From Octopus sinensis (Eukaryota): a DNA stretch of 17,992 bases. Shown here in pieces: positions 9,714 to 17,992 of the stretch (its first letter is position 1; every line of letters starts with the position of its first letter). The stretch covers positions 1 through 17,992 of the forward strand of contig NW_021824581.1 in NCBI RefSeq assembly GCF_006345805.1. Reading direction: 5' to 3'. The position numbers were made by a program, and so were the translations under genes. A model generated the notes under the pieces. That model was not told the origin of the DNA. It saw only the letters and a list, made by a program, of their open reading frames with translations, and did not search any database.

Positions 9714-9847
9714 ATTTTTTTAAGTAGGTACTTAGTCTATTAGTCTCTTGGCTGAACTGTGAAGTTACAGAGAAGTAAACAAGCTAACTCCTGGCTGTAA
9801 AGTTGTAGGAGGTGGAGCAACAAACAGATACAAAGTCACATACAGGT

Positions 9848-9880
<33 letters not shown>
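9714..9880 (-). mobile_element. Degenerate SINE family A tail fragment
   Basis: ggtacttagtctattagtctcttggctgaactgtgaagttacag aligns with ggtacttattctatc...gaactgctaagttacagg; followed by (CA)n. Confidence 0.65.
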
Positions 9881-10176
9881 TGCACATGCACATTTCATGG
9901 TGTGTGACTATATTTCATGTGACTATATGTATGTATGGGCTTGTGTGCATAAAATTAAATAAATCCTGACAAATGTAATACATAAATTATCACTACTGCC
10001 CTCAACAACCCACTGGCCCCCACCATCGCCGGCACCGCTACGCCAACCTTAATACCAATACCAATAGACTAGTCTGATAAGGGTAGTTGAGTGGTGTCAT
10101 GTCCCTACTGGTATATAGATTGTAGTGTGGGAATAAAATTATGCATATTGAGCACTGGAGAATGGAGGGAGTAGGG

Positions 10177-10193
10177 GAGAGAAAGAGAGGGAA

Positions 10194-10265
<72 letters not shown>

Positions 10266-10269
10266 AGAG
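10177..10269. repeat. (GA)n microsatellite
   Basis: Directly visible. Confidence 0.95.
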
Positions 10270-10569
10270 CAGTGGTGAACGAAAGAAGCAAATTTATATG
10301 CTTATAGAAAGTAGTAGATATACAGAAAACAATTTCAGCAGTTTATGAAATGTTACACACACACACACACACATGAATATATTATTCACAAGTATATATT
10401 TTTCAATCTTTTTCTCTCTCCCTCTGCACATATATGAGTGTGAATGTGTGTGTATATATATATATATATAATATATATATATAATATTATATTATATAAT
10501 ATATATATATATAGGAAGATGTACTTCGCATAGCAAGTGATTTGATCTGAGATCATGTGCTGAAACGAA

Positions 10570-10721
10570 AACAATTGCAGCGTGGAAGGTGTTTGTAAGC
10601 CATTTAAGAAAACACACAAAAGCCGTTCGATTCACTTCAACATTTAAGTTTAATTTGTCAAAATATTTTCGTCGCTGTGTGTTTCTTAAATGGCTTACAA
10701 ACACCTTCCACGCTGCAATTG

Positions 10722-10723
<2 letters not shown>
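10570..10723. repeat. Near-perfect inverted repeat (49/48-bp arms, 57-nt spacer)
   Basis: 10570-10618 versus 10676-10723: 42 consecutive perfect pairs, one extra A, then 6 more pairs. Confidence 0.97.
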
Positions 10724-10760
<37 letters not shown>

Positions 10761-11351
10761 CAGTCTGATTTAGCCTCAAACTGTTTTAAATAATACATGT
10801 AACTCCAATTGTATGTGTTGAGTGCTCTTTTCTTTCATTTGTCAACTCAATCACACACACACACTGTGTCTGTCTGTCTGTCTTCTGTTTGTCTACTCAG
10901 TCACACACCACATGCGTGTGTGTGCGTGTATGTATGTATGGGTGTATACACACTCACAAAAGACAAATATACGTATATTACACACCCTACAAGATAAATT
11001 GTTGTTTTATTGAAATTATCTTCTCTTGGAAAGAAGAGCAGACTAATGCCTAGTGGCAGTTGCAGCCAACTGCAAATGGGAAGGGGAGATAATCTCAAGA
11101 ATCAAAAACTTCCTCAGTAGGCATACCCTTTATTATGCACCCTACCTTCCCCCCAAAAACCCTGCCTGATTGCTTGGAGACAAGAAAACACCTGTGGCCT
11201 TGTGTTCTAACTTGGCTCCATTGGGCACAACACTTAGACATACACAAAGAGTAAAAAAGTTTTTGTATTTTCGCAGAGTTTACACAGAAAGGAGCAAAGA
11301 GAGATAATGCAGAATGGCCAGTGGTATGATTATTTGGCTGCAAAGATGAAA

Positions 11352-11694
11352 TAAAGGTATACTAAATACCATACAAGATCAAGAGAGAGTAAAAAAAAAA
11401 TCTTTGTGGCAGTGGTGGCTGAAACTCTAAATCCGACAGGAAGATAATCTCAAGAATTGATTTATGCATGTTTGAGTGTGTGTGTTTTGGGTGGGGAGGG
11501 TGGCTGTGTGTGAGAATGTGTGCATGTGTGTGTGTAGGTGTGTGAGTGTGTAGGTGTGTGAGTGTGTAGGTGTGTGAGTGTGTGCATGTGTGTGTGAGTG
11601 TGCATGTGCATGCATGTGTGTGTAGGGCTGTGTGTGTATGTATGTGTGTGTGTGAGTGTGAGTGTATATATTCATAGGCATGTGTGCATGCCCT

Positions 11695-11726
<32 letters not shown>

Positions 11727-11776
11727 GGACTTCCAATATTTAGCTTTCAGAAAGGTGAGCACACACAAACATACAC

Positions 11777-11851
<75 letters not shown>

Positions 11852-12034
11852 ACACAAACACACACACACACACACACACACCACACACACACTCAAACAT
11901 GCATAAATGCATAAATCAATTCTTGAGATTATCTTCCTGTCGGATTTAGAGTTTTAGCCACCCCACTGCCACAAAGCATTTTATTTTACTCTCTGTTAAA
12001 GGAATGATCTTGTATGGTATTTAGTATACCTTTA
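11352..12034. repeat. Large fold-back: unique arms of 130-150 bp, (GT)n/(CA)n inner arms and a 36-nt spacer
   Basis: 11352-11484 is the reverse complement of 11883-12034, with perfect blocks of 30 and 48 bp plus small indels. Confidence 0.95.
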
Positions 12035-12076
12035 CAATCAGAGTTCAATTTCTGCCAAGGTCTACTTTATCTTTCA
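12003..12076 (+). mobile_element. Degenerate SINE family B head overlapping the outer right arm of the fold-back
   Basis: ggtatttagtatacctttacaatcagagttcaatttctgccaaggtctactttatctttcatcc aligns with cagtatttcgtctgccgttacattctgagttcaaattccgccgaggtcgactttgcctttcatcc. Confidence 0.65.
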
Positions 12077-12615
12077 TCCATTGTGCCACAGTTCTCATAC
12101 CAATATTTACCTCATCCACATGTACAAATAAATTATCTGAGCCACTCAGCCCTACCAAGAACAGAGAGAAGAACAACAGACATTCAGATTTTCTCCTAGT
12201 AAAATCAAAAACCTTTTTTAAGTAATTATCAGCTAAATAAAAATATGTAATTCATTTGATTTGGCAAAATGCTGGATGTGTTGTCTGTGATAGATGGGAG
12301 AAACAGAACATGGAAAGAACTCAGGGTCGGATGACCACCTATAAAACATTGATGTTTGTAGGGCAAACTCATGAAGCATTGTTGATGTGGTCACTTGATA
12401 TGCTAAAAACAGCTGTCAATTCTCTGCTTTCCTCTCCTCTGACCATTGTTTCCCACAATACTTATCTTCAACAACACTGTCCTATTCTTCTTATTGATGA
12501 CCAATTTTGAGGACAGTTGAATCTTTTGTTTTAGCAGTAAATCTATTCAATGAGTTGAAATCTATAAATGACATGTTGAAACTGGGTCTAAAAACTGTAT
12601 CAGTTTAAGTTGGGC

Positions 12616-13042
12616 CACACACACACACACACATGTACAAACACACATATGTATGATAAGCTTCTTTCAGTTTCTGTCTGGCAAATCCACTCACAAGGTT
12701 TTAGTCAGCCCAGGGCTGAATCATTAGCACACCAGGCAAGAATGCTTAGCAGTATTTCGTCTGCCGTTACATTCTGAGTTCATATTCTGCTGACGTCGAC
12801 TTTGCCTTTCATCCTTTTGGGGGTCAATTAAATAAGTACCAGTTATGCACTGGGGTCGATGTACTCGACTTAATCCCTTTGTCTATCCTTATTTGTCCAC
12901 CTCTATGTTTACCCCCCTGCGGGCAATAAAGATAGAAATATATATTGTATACAATATTTGCCCAAGATGCGACACAGTAAGATTGAACCTGAGACCATGT
13001 TGTTAGGAAGTAAACTTCTTACCGCACAGCCTCGCCTGCATC
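12616..13042 (-). mobile_element. SINE family A head and core, interrupted by a family B insertion; tail absent
   Basis: 12655-12717 and 12941-13042 are consecutive pieces of the family A head region (compare 13378-13536). Confidence 0.85.
12718..12940 (+). mobile_element. SINE family B nested in family A, lacking its first ~12 nt
   Basis: Matches the reverse complement of 2296-2510 throughout. Confidence 0.92.
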
Positions 13043-13149
13043 TAATACGTTAAAAATATTCCAAGAATCTGTTTTATTTTTTCCCGTCAACTTGAATATT
13101 GGTGAATTGTCCAGAGAGGAATGACGAAAAAGATGTCTCTTTTATCTTC

Positions 13150-13536
13150 TATCTTTTGCTTCCTTCAGTCATTAGATTGTGGCCATGCTGGGGCACCACC
13201 TTGAAGTTTTAATCAAATGAATTGACATCACTGCTTATTTTTTAAAGCCTGGTACTTATACTGTCAGTATCTTTTGCCAAACTGATAAGTTACAGGGATG
13301 CAAACACCCCAACACTGGTTGTCAAGTGGTGGTGTGGAGACAAACATAGACACAAAGCCACACACACACACAGAGGATGGGCTTCTTTCAGTTTCCATCA
13401 ACTAAATCCACTCACAAGGCTTTGGTCAGCCCAAGGCTATAGCAGAAGATACTTGCCCAAGGTGCCATGCAATGGGACTGAACCCGGAACCATATGGTTG
13501 GGAAGCAAGCTCTTACCACACAGCAATGCCTGCACC
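13150..13536 (-). mobile_element. SINE family A, full length, with a short internal (CA)n
   Basis: Tail, core and head (cagcaatgcctgcacc) match 2959-3350. Confidence 0.92.
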
Positions 13537-13730
13537 TATATATGAAATTATGAAATTATTGCGTACTAATTAATCAATGAAAATTGCATGTCACATCTTG
13601 TGATGATCATGTCTTCATTAATCAATAGCCTATAGGCTGTCATACCTTGGTAACCAGTGGTCAAGAGGCTTAACAAAGCAACACAAGCAATAGGTCAGAC
13701 CTTATTGACAAAATTGACAATCATTATTGA

Positions 13731-13936
13731 GGTGGTGTGCAGGTAGGATTGTTAGAGCACTAGAAAAAAAAACCCCAGTTATTTCTCCCAGCTCTTTACA
13801 TTCTGAGTTCAAAACCTACCAAGATCAACCTTTCAGTAAAATAAAACAGTGTACTAGTCAAATACTGGGGTTCGTAGCATTGAGTAAGACCCTCACTTCA
13901 AACTTGCTGGCCTTGTGCCTCGTTTAGAAACCATTA
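13731..13936 (+). mobile_element. Degenerate SINE family B, variant tail
   Basis: ggattgttagagc, ttacattctgagttcaaa (B-box-like), atactgggg, and tail gctggccttgtgcc...tttagaaaccatt. Confidence 0.7.
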
Positions 13937-14109
13937 GTGTTGATATTTCAAAGAAGAAATATCTGTATTTGATGTTTTAACAGCACAACTGAGTGCAACT
14001 CTGTGGTCATTTCGGTATGCGCAGTGTTGCCTGTTTCGTATGGGTGGTTATGTGCGTATGTTGAATATAAATACACACACACACGCGCACAACAACATAT
14101 ATGATCTTT

Positions 14110-14495
14110 ACTTATGTATATGTGTGTATGCATGTGCGAGTGTGTCTATATGTGTGTGTATATAAATGTGTGTGTGTGTATGTATATATATATATATATA
14201 TATTCCCAAGGTACAAGGTGTAATATATATATATATATATATATAATATATATTATATATATATGTATGTATATATATATATACACACACACATTATATA
14301 TATAGTTTGACACAATTGCACACATACATGTATCCAGTGAGCTGTATATAACATATTTATATCAACACACACATGCACACACTCATGCACCCGCATATGC
14401 ACACGCACACACATACACGCACACACAGATACAGACAGACAGACACACACACACATGCACACACGCGCCCACACACACACACACACACACACAAC
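14110..14495. repeat. Compound (TG)n/(TA)n/(CA)n microsatellite field
   Basis: Directly visible. Confidence 0.92.
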
Positions 14496-14619
14496 AGTCA
14501 ATAAAGTTGCCAACGTCTACAACAACTGTTTTCCTCATTAAAAATTCTCAGATATACGTTTCCACTTCGTGAAATCTGATTTTGTCAAACTTAATATGAT
14601 CTTGCTAGTATCCTCCCCT

Positions 14620-14735
14620 GCCACCATCCACCCACCTCTCTCCTCCTCTTCCTCCTCCTCCTCCTCCTCACCCCCACCACTGCAATTACTTTCAGCATCA
14701 TCATCACCATCACCATTGCAATCACAGCACCACCA
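14620..14735. repeat. (CCT)/(CCA)/(CAT) trinucleotide mosaic
   Basis: Directly visible. Confidence 0.85.
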
Positions 14736-14844
14736 TTATAAAGCTAACAAGATTGTCCCAGTTTCGAATCGCTTGATCTGTTACAAAGAGCAGTCAAGTC
14801 TCTCCTAAACTGCATATAAATAATATAGTCCTCGATACACTTTA

Positions 14845-14932
14845 TCTGAATAAATGTTGGGACCGTCATGCGTTGAGTACCTTTGATCATAGGATTGCTC
14901 ATTGAGCGTTGACCTGGGGTTAAACAGCAACA
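14845..14932 (+). mobile_element. Possible SINE 3'-tail fragment, related to 3730-3830
   Basis: Shares gaataaatg, tgagt, ataggatt and acctggggtta in order with 3732-3827, and ends ttaaacagcaac. Family not identified. Confidence 0.35.
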
Positions 14933-14967
14933 TAATTAACATCAGCTAAAATGCAACGTAGGCCTCT

Positions 14968-15162
14968 ATCACCATCATCATCATCAACATCACAGTCGCC
15001 AACATCATCATCATCATCAACATCATCATCACCAACATCATCATCATTACTGTCATCGTCATCTTCATCATCATCATCATCACTCTTGTTGTTCCTACTC
15101 CCACACCTTCACCACCACCACCACCACCACCACCACCACCACCACCACCACCACCACCACCA
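14968..15162. repeat. (CAT)n followed by pure (CAC)n (about 17 units at 15110-15162)
   Basis: Directly visible; source of the poly-S/poly-H ORF. Confidence 0.92.
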
Positions 15163-15459
15163 TTCTTACTTTTGGTACAATATTTGTTTATCTAACTTCA
15201 ATGTACTCCGCCCTCATTCCCCACCGACTGAAATCTCTGGATCTAACTATTATAAGGTGAGTAAATTAGCAAACGTCTCCACCTACTACTGCCACCACCA
15301 CTACCACTCCTGGCATTTGCCTCACCCTCACACGGGGGTGGGTGGGGGTGGAGGTGCAGGTGGGGGATGAGAAGTGAACACAGTGGACATTATGGCTTTC
15401 AGAGATGGTGCCATGAGGAGTCTGCTGGTATCTTGCCAACACAAACAGCCAACACTGGA

Positions 15460-15714
15460 TGTATGTGTGTTGGCTGTGTGCATGTGTGTGTGTGAGTGTG
15501 TGTGTGTGTGTGAGTGTGTGAGTGTGTGTGTGAGTGTGTGTGTGTATTTGTATGTGTGTGTCTATGTGTTTGTGTGTGCAAATATATATAAATATATCCA
15601 TGCATAAATAAATGTGTACATATGTATATATTTATATGTATGTATAGTCACACACATACACACATATATATACATACTTGCACACAAAGATACATAAATG
15701 CATACATACATACA

Positions 15715-15746
<32 letters not shown>

Positions 15747-15818
15747 CATACATACATACATACATACAGACAGACATACATACATACATACATACATACA
15801 TACATACATACATACATT
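15460..15818. repeat. (TG)n and (CATA)n microsatellite field
   Basis: Directly visible. Confidence 0.92.
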
Positions 15819-15881
15819 ATAAAATTTGGTTTGACTAGAACTAAGTTTTACCTGATGACTTATTCAAGTATGTCTGGCTTC

Positions 15882-15924
15882 ATCTTCAGGGTGGAAGTAT
15901 TGCCAGTCTTTCCACCCTGAAGAT
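15882..15924. repeat. Perfect 15-bp inverted repeat, 13-nt loop
   Basis: atcttcagggtggaa (15882-15896) / ttccaccctgaagat (15910-15924). Confidence 0.92.
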
Positions 15925-16296
15925 AGAACTCCAGGTTTATAGCAATGTTTATACGCATTCACTACTTGTTGCATATCTTTGACATTTTGCGCACTCTATC
16001 TGCCAACATTACAACCATTACATAATTCTGAGACCCCAGAAACAGCTGTCGGACCTGAAATACCATGCTCTCTCCCCTTAGTTTTCTCTATCTTTTGTAC
16101 TCCATATAAATCTCTTCTTTAAACATATAAATACTTACATGCTTATACATGAATGTTTATCTTCTGAATATTTTCAGTTTTTGTTTCTCTCTCTCTATAT
16201 CCCAATATCCCTATATATATTTACATGCCTATACATATGCATGTATATTTTATATATCAAGCCTAAGTACGTTTATCTGCATTACCATCTCTCACT

Positions 16297-17573
16297 CAGG
16301 CAAATGCTCAGGTGCTATAAACACTGAAAATGTGCAGAGAACAGCTTCTGTCACATTCCAGGGAGAAAAACTACAAGTAGTTGATAACTTCTGTTACCTA
16401 GGGGACCAAGTCAGTATCAGGAGTGGATGCTCTGAAAGTGTAGTGCTAGAATAAGAACAGCTTGGGCAAAGTTCAGAGAGCTCCTACCTCTGCTGGTGAC
16501 AAAGGGCCTCTCGCTCAGAGTAAAAGGTAGATTGTATGACGCATGTGTACAAACAGCCATGCTACATGGCAATGAAACATGGGCCGTGACTTCTGAGGAC
16601 ATGCATAAGGAATGAAGCCAGTATGCTCTGCTGGATGTGTAATGTCAGTGTGCATACACAATAGAGTGTAATGTCAGTGAGCATAGGTGTGGTGTGTAAG
16701 AGAGCATCAGGTGTGGTGAGCATCAGGTGTGGTGTGTAAGAGAGATGACTGCTGGTATGGTCATGTGTGAGGACAATGAATGAGGACAGCTGTGTGAAAA
16801 AGTGTCACACCCTAGCAGTAGAGGGAACCTGTGGAAGAGGTAGACCCAGACAGACTTGGGATGAGGTAGTGAAGCATGACCTTTGAGGGCCTTACCGAGG
16901 CAATGGCTAGTGACCAAGACTATTGGAGATATGCTGTGCTTGAGAAGACCTGACAAATCAAGTGAGACCATAACCTGTGACCTATGCCAGTGGGTGTAAC
17001 CAGCCCACTTATGAGTACCCCTCATTCATTGGACAATAAACTTTGCTTGTGAAGACCTATTGAGGCAAGTGAAATCAAAATCAAAATCGAAATTGCTGAC
17101 ATGGCTGATGACAGTACCGCCTGATTGGCACTCATGCCAGTGGAAAGTTAAAAGCATGATCGTTGCCAGGGTTGCTGATTGGCTCCCATGCTGGTGGCAC
17201 ATAAAAGCACCATTTGAGCATGATTGTTGCCAGCATCACCTAACTGGCACATAAAAAAACACAGCATTCGAGCGTGGTCATTGCCAGTGCTGCTGGACTG
17301 GCTCCTGTGCAGATAGCATGTACAAAAACATCTTTTGAGTGCGGTCGTTGCCAGAACTGCCTGACTAGCCCTCATACCGGGGGCATGTAAAAGCACCCAC
17401 TACACTCTCAGAGTGGTTGGCATTAGGAAGGGTATCCAGCTGTAGAAACTTTACCAGATCAGATTGGAGCCAGGTGCAGCCTTCTGGCTTGCCAGTCCTC
17501 AGTCAAACCGTCCAACCCATGCCAGCATGGAAAGCAGACGTTAAACAACAGTAACGATTATGATGACGATGAT
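16297..17573 (+). mobile_element. 5'-truncated, frameshifted RTE-clade LINE (post-RT C-terminal region, 3' UTR, GAT-like tail)
   Basis: Pieced translation: GEKLQVVDNFCYLGDQVS...ARIRTAWAKFRELLPLLVTKGLSLRVKGRLYDACVQTAMLHGNETW...RNEASMLCWMC...WYGHV...VEGTCGRGRPRQTWDEVVKHDL*...DQDYWRYAV. It has the RTE-type F.YLG, LYG.ETW-like, WYGHV and GRP..W motifs. The natural stop is probably at 16963-16965. Confidence 0.93.
17102..17395 (+). repeat. Tandem array of about 5 degenerate 55-67-bp units in the LINE 3' UTR
   Basis: Recurrent ttgccag...gactggc...gtggcac.taaaa units; also present in C2 and C3. Confidence 0.85.
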
Positions 17574-17626
17574 ATATATATATGTGTGTGTGTGTGTATA
17601 AATATGTACACACACACACATGCATA

Positions 17627-17861
17627 CAGTCCCTGTGAAAGAAGTTTGGCAAGAAGGAATCATAACTCCTTTTGGGGTCTAGCAGGGGGTGCAGTCAGAT
17701 AGTCATGGATTCTTCCTTGACCCTCCCCCACTCTCACCCCAACTGCAAACCAAAGTATCAGGTAGATGCCCTTATATAGTCTTTGTGAGCTTGTGCATGT
17801 GTTTGTGTGTGTGTGTTTGTGTTTATGATCCCTTCTTACCAAATTTCTTTCACAGGCACCC
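17627..17861. mobile_element. Tc1/mariner-type MITE (235 bp, 39-bp TIRs, TA flanks)
   Basis: 17627-17665 versus 17823-17861 match at 33 of 39 positions as inverted repeats. TA lies immediately outside both ends (17625-17626, 17862-17863). No coding capacity. Confidence 0.75.
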
Positions 17862-17879
17862 TATGTATATATCCCTTTA

Positions 17880-17951
17880 TATATATATATATAATATATG
17901 TATGTATGTATATAATATATATACATATATATATATACATACATTATATAT

Positions 17952-17990
<39 letters not shown>

Positions 17991-17992
17991 TA
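17880..17992. repeat. (TA)n-rich microsatellite
   Basis: Directly visible. Confidence 0.95.

Noticed and set aside
10755-10789. 10-bp inverted repeat ttaaaacagt/actgttttaa; similar 8-bp stems at 870-898, 1228-1259, 7009-7026 and 13942-13963
   Set aside because: Short AT-rich stems at about the frequency expected by chance in several kb of AT-rich DNA.
12256-12510. 84-aa non-repetitive ORF
   Set aside because: No recognisable motif or convincing splice signals; the length is within chance expectation.
14548-14579. Minus-strand GAAACGUA with flanking tcagat/atctga pairing, hammerhead-like
   Set aside because: The CUGANGA half of the core is entirely absent.
15334-15366. Potential G-quadruplex (three close G-runs plus a fourth after 13 nt)
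   Set aside because: Non-canonical long loop, within a low-complexity tract, with no context suggesting function.
14951-15370. Poly-Ser/poly-His ORF resembling a transcription-factor low-complexity region
   Set aside because: Explained by (CAT)n and (CAC)n; no adjacent domain.
17102-17395. CRISPR-like appearance of hairpin-containing repeats with variable segments
   Set aside because: Units are degenerate tandem copies with no unique spacers and no cas genes, and they sit in a eukaryotic LINE 3' UTR.

Overview
Eukaryotic, AT-rich, repeat-dense non-coding DNA with no intact protein-coding gene. The SINE and RTE families look like those of Octopus, so a coleoid cephalopod origin is my inference from memory, not a database result. 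Most of the window is microsatellite ((TA)n, (CA)n, (TATG)n, (GA)n, trinucleotide mosaics) and decayed mobile elements. These are: a tRNA-headed SINE family A with an internal microsatellite (6 copies or fragments, one interrupted); a second tRNA-headed SINE family B (6 copies or fragments, one nested in an A copy); a 5'-truncated RTE-clade LINE (16297-17573) plus four short copies of its 3' end; a mariner transposase remnant; a TA-flanked MITE; and a probable Penelope-like terminal fragment. The computed ORFs are almost all microsatellite artefacts. The best leads are structural: (i) a Penelope-type minimal hammerhead ribozyme motif on the minus strand (5385-5422); (ii) several local fold-back inverted repeats, including a 42-bp perfect stem (10570-10723) and a ~680-bp fold-back with a splice donor at its apex (11352-12034); (iii) a hairpin-bearing tandem array in the RTE 3' UTR, with the short copies starting at the same hairpin motif; (iv) a D35D rather than D34D spacing in the mariner remnant. 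A few weak exon candidates suggest the window could be intronic, but this is unproven.
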